DNA of 64,000 bases from Auanema rhodensis (Eukaryota > Animalia > Nematoda): contig OZ059896.1 in the NCBI GenBank assembly GCA_964057225.1, forward strand, positions 21,638,001 through 21,702,000, written 5' to 3'. The notes beneath the pieces are model-generated. The model worked only from the letters and a program-made list of their open reading frames with translations, searched no databases and was not told the DNA's origin. Both the position numbers and the translations under genes were made by a program. Shown here one piece after another: positions 11,241 to 25,460 of the stretch. Each line of letters starts with the position of its first letter. The stretch's first letter is position 1.

Positions 11241-14200
11241 GTTATTCAACGAAAAAATTAATTCTTCAGGGTGAAAATCGAGGATATAAGTGTGAACTTA
11301 TATCAGTTGATATCTCGGTGCATTTTTAAGCTAGCGCAAATCTGATAACACAGATCGACGCAGCTTAAAAATCCGCATCGAATGCACTATACTACATTAA
11401 GAAACGCTTAATACAAAAATTAGTTATGATCGTTTGAAAAATGATGCATTAGTGTATGTTGAGTTTCCATGTACACTCAACATTGCTTCCAAAAACATTT
11501 TGACAAAAATTTTTTCAAAAAATTTCAAAATAATTTAGCAAAAAGTAGATGTTTTTAGATTCCTTTTTTCAAGGCAAAGACGATGGACAATGTTATTCAA
11601 CGAAAAAATTAATTCTTCAGGGTGAAAATCGAGGATATAAGTGTGAACTTATATCAGTTGATATCTCGGTGCATTTTTAAGCTAGCGCAAATCTGATAAC
11701 ACAGATCGACGCAGCTTGAAAATCCGCATCGAATGCACTATACTACATTGAGAAACGCTTAATACAAAAATTAGTTATGATCGTTTGAAAAATGATGCAT
11801 TAGTGTATGTTGAGTTTCCATGTACACTCAACATTGCTTCCAAAAACATTTTGACAAAAATTTTTTCAAAAAATTTCAAAATAATTTAGCAAAAAGTAGA
11901 TGTTTTTAGATTCCTTTTTTCAAGGCAAAGACGATGGACAATGTTATTCAACGAAAAAATTAATTCTTCAGGGTGAAAATCGAGGATATAAGTGTGCACT
12001 TATATCAGTTGATATCTTGGTGCATTTTTAAGCTAGCGCAAATCTGATAACACAGATCGACGCAGCTTAAAAATCCGCATCGAATGCACTATACCACATT
12101 GAGAAACGCTTAATACAAAAATGAGTTATGATCGTTTGAAAATTGATGCATTAGTGTATGTTGAGTTTCCATGTACACTCTACATTGCTTCCAAAAACAT
12201 TTTGACAAAAATTTTTTCGAAAAGTTTCAAAATAATTTAGCAAAAAGTAGATGTTTTTAGATTCCTTTTTTCAAGGCAAAGACGATGGACAATGTTATTC
12301 AACGAAAAAATTAATTCTTCAGGGTGAAAATCGAGGATATAAGTGTGAACTTATATCAGTTGATATCTCGATGCATTTTTAAGCTAGCGCAAATCTGATA
12401 ACACAGATCGACGAAGCTTAAAAATCCGCATCGAATGCACTATACCACATTGAGAAACGCTTAATACAAAAATTAGTTATGATCGTTTGAAAATTGATGC
12501 ATTAGTGTATGTTGAGTTTCCATGTACACTCAACATTGCTTCCAAAAACATTTTGACAAAAATTTTTTCGAAAAATTTCAAAACAATTTAGCAAAAAGTA
12601 GATGTTTTTAGATTCCTTTTTTCAAGGCAAAGACGATGGACAATGTTATTCAACGAAAAAATTAATTCCTCAGGGTGAAAATCGAGGATATAAGTGTGAA
12701 CTTATATCAGTTGATATCTCGGTGCATTTTTAAGCTAGCGCAAATCTGATAACACAGATCGACGCAGCTTAAAAATCCGCATTGAATGCACTATACTACA
12801 TTAAGAAACGCTTAATACAAAAATTAGTTATGATCGTTTGAAAAATGATGCCTTAGTGTATGTTGAGTTTCCATGTACACTCAACATTGCTTCCAAAAAC
12901 ATTTTGACAACAATTTTTTCGAAAAATTTCAAAATAATTTAGCAAAAAGTAGATGTTTATAGATTCCTTTTTTCAAGGCAAAGACGATGGACAATGTTAT
13001 TCAACGAAAAAATTAATTCTTCAGGGTGAAAATCGAGGATATAAGTGTGCACTTATATCAGTTGATATCTTGGTGCATTTTTAAGCTAGCGCAAATCTGA
13101 TAACACAGATCGACGCAACTTAAAAATCCGCATCGAATGCACTATACTACATTGAGAAACGCTTAATACAAAAATTAGTTATGATCGTTTGAAAAATGAT
13201 GCCTTAGTGTATGTTGAGTTTCCATGTACACTCAACATTGCTTCCAAAAACATTTTGATAAAAATTTTTTCGATAAATTTCAAAATAATTTAGCAAAGAG
13301 TAGATGTTTTTAGATTCCTTTTTTTAAGGCAAAGACGATGGACAATGTTATTCAACGAAAAAATTAATTCTTCAGGGTGAAAATCGAGGATATAAGTGTG
13401 AACTTATATCAGTTGATATCTCGGTGCATTTTTAAGCTAGCGCAAATCTGATAACACAGATCGACGCAGCTTAAAAATCCGCATCGAATGCACTATACCA
13501 CATTGAGAAACGCTTAATACAAAAATGAGTTATGATCGTTTGAAAATTGATGCATTAGTGTATGTTGAGTTTCCATGTACACTCTACATTGCTTCCAAAA
13601 ACATTTTGACAAAAATTTTTTCGAAAAGTTTCAAAATAATTTAGCAAAAAGTAGATGTTTTTAGATTCCTTTTTTCAAGGCAAAGACGATGGACAATGTT
13701 ATTCAACGAAAAAATTAATTCTTCAGGGTGAAAATCGAGGATATAAGTGTGAACTTATATCAGTTGATATCTCGATGCATTTTTAAGCTAGCGCAAATCT
13801 GATAACACAGATCGACGCAGCTTAAAAATCCGCATCGAATGCACTATACCACATTGAGAAACGCTTAATACAAAAATTAGTTATGATCGTTTGAAAATTG
13901 ATGCATTAGTGTATGTTGAGTTTCCATGTACACTCAACATTGCTTCCAAAAACATTTTGACAAAAATTTTTTCGAAAAATTTCAAAACAATTTAGCAAAA
14001 AGTAGATGTTTTTAGATTCCTTTTTTCAAGGCAAAGACGATGGACAATGTTATTCAACGAAAAAATTAATTCCTCAGGGTGAAAATCGAGGATATAAGTG
14101 TGAACTTATATCAGTTGATATCTCGGTGCATTTTTAAGCTAGCGCAAATCTGATAACACAGATCGACGCAGCTTAAAAATCCGCATTGAATGCACTATAC

Positions 14201-17200
14201 TACATTGAGAAACGCTTAATACAAAAATTAGTTATGATCGTTTGAAAAATGATGCCTTAGTGTATGTTGAGTTTCCATGTACACTCAACATTGCTTCCAA
14301 AAACATTTTGACAACAATTTTTTCGAAAAATTTCAAAATAATTTAGCAAAAAGTAGATGTTTATAGATTCCTTTTTTCAAGGCAAAGACGATGGACAATG
14401 TTATTCAACGAAAAAATTAATTCTTCAGGGTGAAAATCGAGGATATAAGTGTGCACTTATATCAGTTGATATCTTGGTGCATTTTTAAGCTAGCGCAAAT
14501 TTGATAACACAGATCGACGCAACTTAAAAATCCGCATCGAATGCACTATACTACATTGAGAAACGCTTAATACAAAAATTAGTTATGATCGTTTGAAAAA
14601 TGATGCCTTAGTGTATGTTGAGTTTCCATGTACACTCAACATTGCTTCCAAAAACATTTTGATAAAAATTTTTTCGATAAATTTCAAAATAATTTAGCAA
14701 AGAGTAGATGTTTTTAGATTCCTTTTTTTAAGGCAAAGACGATGGACAATGTTATTCAACGAAAAAATTAATTCTTCAGGGTGAAAATCGAGGATATAAG
14801 TGTGAACTTATATCAGTTGATATCTCGGTGCATTTTTAAGCTAGCGCAAATCTGATAACACAGATCGACGCAGCTTACAAATCCGCATCGAATGCACTAT
14901 ACTACATTGAGAAACGCTTAATACAAAAATTAGTTATGATCGTTTGAAAAATGATGCATTAGTGTATGTTGAGTTTCCATGTACACTCAACATTGCTTCC
15001 AAAAACATTTTGACAAAAATTTTTTCGAAAAATTTCAAAATAATTTAGCAAAAAGTAGATGTTTTTAGATTCCTTTTTTCAAGGCAAAGACGATGGACAA
15101 TGTTATTCAACGAAAAAAATTAATTCTTCAGGGTGAAAATCGAGGATATAAGTGTGAACTTATATCAGTTGATATCTCGGTGCATTTTTAAGCTAGCGCA
15201 AATCTCATAACACAGATCGACGCAGCTTGAAAATCCGCATCGAATGCACTATACTACATTGAGAAACGCTTAATACAAAAATTAGTTATGATCGTTTGAA
15301 AAATGATGCATTAGTGTATGTTGAGTTTCCATGTACACTCAACATTGCTTCCAAAAACATTTTGACAAAAATTTTTTCAAAAAATTTCAAAATAATTTAG
15401 CAAAAAGTAGATGTTTTTAGATTCCTTTTTTCAAGGCAAAGACGATGGACAATGTTATTCAACGAAAAAATTAATTCTTCAGGGTGAAAATCGAGGATAT
15501 AAGTGTGCACTTATATCAGTTGATATCTTGGTGCATTTTTAAGCTAGCGCAAATCTGATAACACAGATCGACGCATCTTAAAAATCCGCATCGAATCCAC
15601 TATACTACATTGAGAAACGCTTAATACAAAAATTAGTTATGATCGTTTGAAAATTGATGCATTAGTGTATGTTGAGTTTCCATGTACACTCAACATTGCT
15701 TCCAAAAACATTTTGACAAAAATTTTTTCGAAAAATTTCAAAACAATTTAGCAAAAAGTAGATGTTTTTAGATTTCTTTTTTCAAGGCAAAGACGATGGA
15801 CAATGTTATTCAACGAAAAAATTAATTCTTCAGGGTGAAAATCGAGGATATAACTGTGAACTTATATCAGTTGATATCTCGGTGCATTTTTAAGCTAGCG
15901 CAAATCTGATAACACAGATCGACGCAGCTTAAAAATCCGCATCGAATGCACTATACTACATTGAGAAACGCTTAATACAAAAATTAGTTATGATCGTTTG
16001 AAAAATGATGCCTTAGTGTATGTTGAGTTTCCATGTACACTCAACATTGCTTCCAAAAACATTTTGACAACAATTTTTTCGAAAAATTTCAAAATAATTT
16101 AGCAAAAAGTAGATGTTTATAGATTCCTTTTTTCAAGGCAAAGACGATGGACAATGTTATTCAACGAAAAAATTAATTCTTCAGGGTGAAAATCGAGGAT
16201 ATAAGTGTGCACTTATATCAGTTGATATCTTGGTGCATTTTTAAGCTAGCGTAAATCTGATAACACAGATCGACGCAGCTTAAAAATCCGCATCGAATGC
16301 ACTATACTACATTGAGAAACGCTTAATACAAAAATAAGTTATGATCGTTTGAAAAATGATGCCTTAGTGTATGTTGAGTTTCCATATACACTCAACATTG
16401 CTTCCAAAAACATTTTGACAAAAATTTTTTCGATAAATTTCAAAATAATTTAGCGAAGAGTAGATGTTTTTAGATTCCTTTTTTTAAGGCAAAGACGATG
16501 GACAATGTTATTCAACGAAAAAATTAATTCTTCAGGGTGAAAATCGAGGATATAAGTGTGAACTTATATCAGTTGATATCTCGGTGCATTTTTAAGCTAG
16601 CGCAAATCTGATAACACAGATCGACGCAGCCTAAAAATCCGCATCGAATGCACTATACTACATTGAGAAACGCTTAATACAAAAATTAGTTATGATCGTT
16701 TGAAAAATGATGCATTAGTGTATGTTGAGTTTCCATGTACACTCAACATTGCTTCCAAAAACATTTTGACAACAATTTTTTCGAAAAATTTCAAAATAAT
16801 TTAGCAAAAAGTAGATGTTTATAGATTCCTTTTTTCAAGGCAAAGACGATGGACAATGTTATTCAACGAAAAAATTAATTCTTCAGGGTGAAAATCGAGG
16901 ATATAAGTGTGCACTTATATCAGTTGATATCTTGGTGCATTTTTAAGCTAGCGTAAATCTGATAACACAGATCGACGCAGCTTAAAAATCCGCATCGAAT
17001 GCACTATACTACATTGAGAAACGCTTAATACAAAAATAAGTTATGATCGTTTGAAAAATGATGCCTTAGTGTATGTTGAGTTTCCATGTACACTCAACAT
17101 TGCTTCCAAAAACATTTTGACAAAAATTTTTTCGATAAATTTCAAAATAATTTAGCGAAGAGTAGATGTTTTTAGATTCCTTTTTTTAAGGCAAAGACGA

Positions 17201-20200
17201 TGGACAATGTTATTCAACGAAAAAATTAATTCTTCAGGGTGAAAATCGAGGATATAAGTGTGAACTTATATCAGTTGATATCTCGGTGCATTTTTAAGCT
17301 AGCGCAAATCTGATAACACAGATCGACGCAGCCTAAAAATCCGCATCGAATGCACTATACTACATTGAGAAACGCTTAATACAAAAATTAGTTATGATCG
17401 TTTGAAAAATGATGCATTAGTGTATGTTGAGTTTCCATGTACACTCAACATTGCTTCCAAAAACATTTTGACAAAAATTTTTTCGAAAAATTTCAAAACA
17501 ATTTAGCAAAAAGTAGATGTTTTTAGATTCCTTTTTTCAAGGCAAAGACGATGGACAATGTTATTCAACGAAAAAATTAATTCCTCAGGGTGAAAATCGA
17601 GGATATAAGTGTGAACTTATATCAGTTGATATCTCGGTGCATTTTTAAGCTAGCGCAAATCTGATAACACAGATCGACGCAGCTTAAAAATCCGCATTGA
17701 ATGCACTATACTACATTGAGAAACGCTTAATACAAAAATTAGTTATGATCGTTTGAAAAATGATGCCTTAGTGTATGTTGAGTTTCCATGTACACTCAAC
17801 ATTGCTTCCAAAAACATTTTGACAACAATTTTTTCGAAAAATTTCAAAATAATTTAGCAAAAAGTAGATGTTTTTAGATTCCTTTTTTCAAGGCAAAGAC
17901 GATGGACAATGTTATTCAACGAAAAAATTAATTCTTCAGGGTGAAAATCGAGGATATAAGTGTGAACTTATATCAGTTGATATCTCGGTGCATTTTTAAG
18001 CTAGCGCAAATCTGATAACACAGATCGACGCAGCCTAAAAATCCGCATCGAATGCACTATACTACATTGAGAAACGCTTAATACAAAAATTAGTTATGAT
18101 CGTTTGAAAAATGATGCATTAGTGTATGTTGAGTTTCCATGTACACTCAACATTGCTTCCAAAAACATTTTGACAAAAATTTTTTCGAAAAATTTCAAAA
18201 CAATTTAGCAAAAAGTAGATGTTTTTAGATTCCTTTTTTCAAGGCAAAGACGATGGACAATGTTATTCAACGAAAAAATTAATTCCTCAGGGTGAAAATC
18301 GAGGATATAAGTGTGAACTTATATCAGTTGATATCTCGGTGCATTTTTAAGCTAGCGCAAATCTGATAACACAGATCGACGCAGCTTAAAAATCCGCATT
18401 GAATGCACTATACTACATTGAGAAACGCTTAATACAAAAATTAGTTATGATCGTTTGAAAAATGATGCCTTAGTGTATGTTGAGTTTCCATGTACACTCA
18501 ACATTGCTTCCAAAAACATTTTGACAACAATTTTTTCGAAAAATTTCAAAATAATTTAGCAAAAAGTAGATGTTTATAGATTCCTTTTTTCAAGGCAAAG
18601 ACGATGGACAATGTTATTCAACGAAAAAATTAATTCTTCAGGGTGAAAATCGAGGATATAAGTGTGCACTTATATCAGTTGATATCTTGGTGCATTTTTA
18701 AGCTAGCGCAAATTTGATAACACAGATCGACGCAACTTAAAAATCCGCATCGAATGCACTATACTACATTGAGAAACGCTTAATACAAAAATTAGTTATG
18801 ATCGTTTGAAAAATGATGCCTTAGTGTATGTTGAGTTTCCATGTACACTCAACATTGCTTCCAAAAACATTTTGATAAAAATTTTTTCGATAAATTTCAA
18901 AATAATTTAGCAAAGAGTAGATGTTTTTAGATTCCTTTTTTTAAGGCAAAGACGATGGACAATGTTATTCAACGAAAAAATTAATTCTTCAGGGTGAAAA
19001 TCGAGGATATAAGTGTGAACTTATATCAGTTGATATCTCGGTGCATTTTTAAGCTAGCGCAAATCTGATAACACAGATCGACGCAGCTTACAAATCCGCA
19101 TCGAATGCACTATACTACATTGAGAAACGCTTAATACAAAAATTAGTTATGATCGTTTGAAAAATGATGCATTAGTGTATGTTGAGTTTCCATGTACACT
19201 CAACATTGCTTCCAAAAACATTTTGACAAAAATTTTTTCGAAAAATTTCAAAATAATTTAGCAAAAAGTAGATGTTTTTAGATTCCTTTTTTCAAGGCAA
19301 AGACGATGGACATTGTTATTCAACGAAAAAAATTAATTCTTCAGGGTGAAAATCGAGGATATAAGTGTGAACTTATATCAGTTGATATCTCGGTGCATTT
19401 TTAAGCTAGCGCAAATCTCATAACACAGATCGACGCAGCTTGAAAATCCGCATCGAATGCACTATACTACATTGAGAAACGCTTAATACAAAAATTAGTT
19501 ATGATCGTTTGAAAAATGATGCATTAGTGTATGTTGAGTTTCCATGTACACTCAACATTGCTTCCAAAAACATTTTGACAAAAATTTTTTCAAAAAATTT
19601 CAAAATAATTTAGCAAAAAGTAGATGTTTTTAGATTCCTTTTTTCAAGGCAAAGACGATGGACAATGTTATTCAACGAAAAAATTAATTCTTCAGGGTGA
19701 AAATCGAGGATATAAGTGTGCACTTATATCAGTTGATATCTCGGTGCATTTTTAAGCTAGCGCAAATCTCATAACACAGATCGACGCAGCTTGAAAATCC
19801 GCATCGAATGCACTATACTACATTGAGAAACGCTTAATACAAAAATTAGTTATGATCGTTTGAAAAATGATGCATTAGTGTATGTTGAGTTTCCATGTAC
19901 ACTCAACATTGCTTCCAAAAACATTTTGACAAAAATTTTTTCAAAAAATTTCAAAATAATTTAGCAAAAAGTAGATGTTTTTAGATTCCTTTTTTCAAGG
20001 CAAAGACGATGGACAATGTTATTCAACGAAAAAATTAATTCTTCAGGGTGAAAATCGAGGATATAAGTGTGCACTTATATCAGTTGATATCTTGGTGCAT
20101 TTTTAAGCTAGCGCAAATCTGATAACACAGATCGACGCATCTTAAAAATCCGCATCGAATCCACTATACTACATTGAGAAACGCTTAATACAAAAATTAG

Positions 20201-21249
20201 TTATGATCGTTTGAAAATTGATGCATTAGTGTATGTTGAGTTTCCATGTACACTCAACATTGCTTCCAAAAACATTTTGACAAAAATTTTTTCGAAAAAT
20301 TTCAAAACAATTTAGCAAAAAGTAGATGTTTTTAGATTTCTTTTTTCAAGGCAAAGACGATGGACAATGTTATTCAACGAAAAAATTAATTCTTCAGGGT
20401 GAAAATCGAGGATATAACTGTGAACTTATATCAGTTGATATCTCGGTGCATTTTTAAGCTAGCGCAAATCTGATAACACAGATCGACGCAGCTTAAAAAT
20501 CCGCATCGAATGCACTATACTACATTGAGAAACGCTTAATACAAAAATTAGTTATGATCGTTTGAAAAATGATGCCTTAGTGTATGTTGAGTTTCCATGT
20601 ACACTCAACATTGCTTCCAAAAACATTTTGACAACAATTTTTTCGAAAAATTTCAAAATAATTTAGCAAAAAGTAGATGTTTATAGATTCCTTTTTTCAA
20701 GGCAAAGACGATGGACAATGTTATTCAACGAAAAAATTAATTCTTCAGGGTGAAAATCGAGGATATAAGTGTGCACTTATATCAGTTGATATCTTGGTGC
20801 ATTTTTAAGCTAGCGTAAATCTGATAACACAGATCGACGCAGCTTAAAAATCCGCATCGAATGCACTATACTACATTGAGAAACGCTTAATACAAAAATA
20901 AGTTATGATCGTTTGAAAAATGATGCCTTAGTGTATGTTGAGTTTCCATGTACACTCAACATTGCTTCCAAAAACATTTTGACAAAAATTTTTTCGATAA
21001 ATTTCAAAATAATTTAGCGAAGAGTAGATGTTTTTAGATTCCTTTTTTTAAGGCAAAGACGATGGACAATGTTATTCAACGAAAAAATTAATTCTTCAGG
21101 GTGAAAATCGAGGATATAAGTGTGAACTTATATCAGTTGATATCTCGGTGCATTTTTAAGCTAGCGCAAATCTGATAACACAGATCGACGCAGCCTAAAA
21201 ATCCGCATCGAATGCACTATACTACATTGAGAAACGCTTAATACAAAAA

Positions 21250-24200
21250 TTAGTTATGATCGTTTGAAAAATGATGCATTAGTGTATGTTGAGTTTCCAT
21301 GTACACTCAACATTGCTTCCAAAAACATTTTGACAAAAATTTTTTCGAAAAATTTCAAAATAATTTAGCAAAAAGTAGATGTTTTTAGATTCCTCTTTTC
21401 AAGGCAAAGACGATGGACAATGTTATTCAACGAAAAAATTAATTCTTCAGGGTGAAAATCGAGGATATAAGTGTGAACTTATATCAGTTGATATCTCGGT
21501 GCATTTTCAAGCTAGCGCAAATCTGATAACACAGATCGACGCAGCTTAAAAATCCGCATCGAATGCACTATACTACTTTGAGAAACGCTTAATACAAAAA
21601 TTAGTTATGATCGTTTGAAAATTGATGCATTAGTGTATGTTGAGTTTCCATGTACACTCAACATTGCTTCCAAAAACATTTTGACAAAAATTTTTTCGAA
21701 AAATTTCAAAACAATTTAGCAAAAAGTAGATGTTTTTAGATTCCTTTTTTCAAGGCAAAGACGATGGACAATGTTATTCAACGAAAAAATTAATTCCTCA
21801 GGGTGAAAATCGAGGATATAAGTGTGAACTTATATCAGTTGATATCTCGGTGCATTTTTAAGCTAGCGCAAATCTGATAACACAGATCGACGCAGCTTAA
21901 AAATCCGCATTGAATGCACTATACTACATTGAGAAACGCTTAATACAAAAATTAGTTATGATCGTTTGAAAAATGATGCCTTAGTGTATGTTGAGTTTCC
22001 ATGTACACTCAACATTGCTTCCAAAAACATTTTGACAACAATTTTTTCGAAAAATTTCAAAATAATTTAGCAAAAAGTAGATGTTTATAGATTCCTTTTT
22101 TCAAGGCAAAGACGATGGACAATGTTATTCAACGAAAAAATTAATTCTTCAGGGTGAAAATCGAGGATATAAGTGTGCACTTATATCAGTTGATATCTTG
22201 GTGCATTTTTAAGCTAGCGCAAATCTGATAACACAGATCGACGCAACTTAAAAATCCGCATCGAATGCACTATACTACATTGAGAAACGCTTAATACAAA
22301 AATTAGTTATGATCGTTTGAAAAATGATGCCTTAGTGTATGTTGAGTTTCCATGTACACTCAACATTGCTTCCAAAAACATTTTGATAAAAATTTTTTCG
22401 ATAAATTTCAAAATAATTTAGCAAAGAGTAGATGTTTTTAGATTCCTTTTTTTAAGGCAAAGACGATGGACAATGTTATTCAACGAAAAAATTAATTCTT
22501 CAGGGTGAAAATCGAGGATATAAGTGTGAACTTATATCAGTTGATATCTCGGTGCATTTTTAAGCTAGCGCAAATCTGATAACACAGATCGACGCAGCTT
22601 AAAAATCCGCATCGAATGCACTATACTACATTGAGAAACGCTTAATACAAAAATTAGTTATGATCGTTTGAAAAATGATGCATTAGTGTATGTTGAGTTT
22701 CCATGTACACTCAACATTGCTTCCAAAAACATTTTGACAAAAATTTTTTCGAAAAATTTCAAAATAATTTAGCAAAAAGTAGATGTTTTTAGATTCCTTT
22801 TTTCAAGGCAAAGACGATGGACAATGTTATTCAACGAAAAAAATTAATTCTTCAGGGTGAAAATCGAGGATATAAGTGTGAACTTATATCAGTTGATATC
22901 TCGGTGCATTTTTAAGCTAGCGCAAATCTCATAACACAGATCGACGCAGCTTGAAAATCCGCATCGAATGCACTATACTACATTGAGAAACGCTTAATAC
23001 AAAAATTAGTTATGATCGTTTGAAAAATGATGCATTAGTGTATGTTGAGTTTCCATGTACACTCAACATTGCTTCCAAAAACATTTTGACAAAAATTTTT
23101 TCAAAAAATTTCAGAATAATTTAGCAAAAAGTAGATGTTTTTAGATTCCTTTTTTCAAGGCAAAGACGATGGACAATGTTATTCAACGAAAAAATTAATT
23201 CTTCAGGGTGAAAATCGAGGATATAAGTGTGCACTTATATCAGTTGATATCTTGGTGCATTTTTAAGCTAGCGCAAATCTGATAACACAGATCGACGCAT
23301 CTTAAAAATCCGCATCGAATCCACTATACTACATTGAGAAACGCTTAATACAAAAATTAGTTATGATCGTTTGAAAAATGATGCATTAGTGTATGTTGAG
23401 TTTCCATGTACACTCAACATTGCTTCCAAAAACATTTTGACAAAAATTTTTTCGAAAAATTTCAAAATAATTTAGCAAAAAGTAGATGTTTTTAGATTCC
23501 TCTTTTCAAGGCAAAGACGATGGACAATGTTATTCAACGAAAAAATTAATTCTTCAGGGTGAAAATCGAGGATATAAGTGTGAACTTATATCAGTTGATA
23601 TCTCGGTGCATTTTCAAGCTAGCGCAAATCTGATAACACAGATCGACGCAGCTTAAAAATCCGCATCGAATGCACTATACTACTTTGAGAAACGCTTAAT
23701 ACAAAAATTAGTTATGATCGTTTGAAAATTGATGCATTAGTGTATGTTGAGTTTCCATGTACACTCAACATTGCTTCCAAAAACATTTTGACAAAAATTT
23801 TTTCGAAAAATTTCAAAACAATTTAGCAAAAAGTAGATGTTTTTAGATTCCTTTTTTCAAGGCAAAGACGATGGACAATGTTATTCAACGAAAAAATTAA
23901 TTCCTCAGGGTGAAAATCGAGGATATAAGTGTGAACTTATATCAGTTGATATCTCGGTGCATTTTTAAGCTAGCGCAAATCTGATAACACAGATCGACGC
24001 AGCTTAAAAATCCGCATTGAATGCACTATACTACATTGAGAAACGCTTAATACAAAAATTAGTTATGATCGTTTGAAAAATGATGCCTTAGTGTATGTTG
24101 AGTTTCCATGTACACTCAACATTGCTTCCAAAAACATTTTGACAACAATTTTTTCGAAAAATTTCAAAATAATTTAGCAAAAAGTAGATGTTTATAGATT

Positions 24201-25460
24201 CCTTTTTTCAAGGCAAAGACGATGGACAATGTTATTCAACGAAAAAATTAATTCTTCAGGGTGAAAATCGAGGATATAAGTGTGCACTTATATCAGTTGA
24301 TATCTTGGTGCATTTTTAAGCTAGCGCAAATCTGATAACACAGATCGACGCAACTTAAAAATCCGCATCGAATGCACTATACTACATTGAGAAACGCTTA
24401 ATACAAAAATTAGTTATGATCGTTTGAAAAATGATGCCTTAGTGTATGTTGAGTTTCCATGTACACTCAACATTGCTTCCAAAAACATTTTGATAAAAAT
24501 TTTTTCGATAAATTTCAAAATAATTTAGCAAAGAGTAGATGTTTTTAGATTCCTTTTTTTAAGGCAAAGACGATGGACAATGTTATTCAACGAAAAAATT
24601 AATTCTTCAGGGTGAAAATCGAGGATATAAGTGTGAACTTATATCAGTTGATATCTCGGTGCATTTTTAAGCTAGCGCAAATCTGATAACACAGATCGAC
24701 GCAGCTTAAAAATCCGCATCGAATGCACTATACTACATTGAGAAACGCTTAATACAAAAATTAGTTATGATCGTTTGAAAAATGATGCATTAGTGTATGT
24801 TGAGTTTCCATGTACACTCAACATTGCTTCCAAAAACATTTTGACAAAAATTTTTTCGAAAAATTTCAAAATAATTTAGCAAAAAGTAGATGTTTTTAGA
24901 TTCCTTTCTTCAAGGCAAAGACGATGGACAATGTTATTCAACGAAAAAAATTAATTCTTCAGGGTGAAAATCGAGGATATAAGTGTGAACTTATATCAGT
25001 TGATATCTCGGTGCATTTTTAAGCTAGCGCAAATCTCATAACACAGATCGACGCAGCTTGAAAATCCGCATCGAATGCACTATACTACATTGAGAAACGC
25101 TTAATACAAAAATTAGTTATGATCGTTTGAAAAATGATGCATTAGTGTATGTTGAGTTTCCATGTACACTCAACATTGCTTCCAAAAACATTTTGACAAA
25201 AATTTTTTCAAAAAATTTCAGAATAATTTAGCAAAAAGTAGATGTTTTAAGATTCCTTTTTTCAAGGCAAAGACGATGGACAATGTTATTCAACGAAAAA
25301 ATTAATTCTTCAGGGTGAAAATCGAGGATATAAGTGTGCACTTATATCAGTTGATATCTTGGTGCATTTTTAAGCTAGCGCAAATCTGATAACACAGATC
25401 GACGCATCTTAAAAATCCGCATCGAATCCACTATACTACATTGAGAAACGCTTAATACAA
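21250..25460 (+). repeat. Tandem duplication of a 6-monomer block (2107 bp)
   Basis: 'tcctcttttc' at 21391/23498, the A7 run at 22835/24942, and 'tcagaataat' and 'gacgcatctt..gaatccact' all repeat at a 2107-bp offset. Edges are approximate. Confidence 0.8.
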
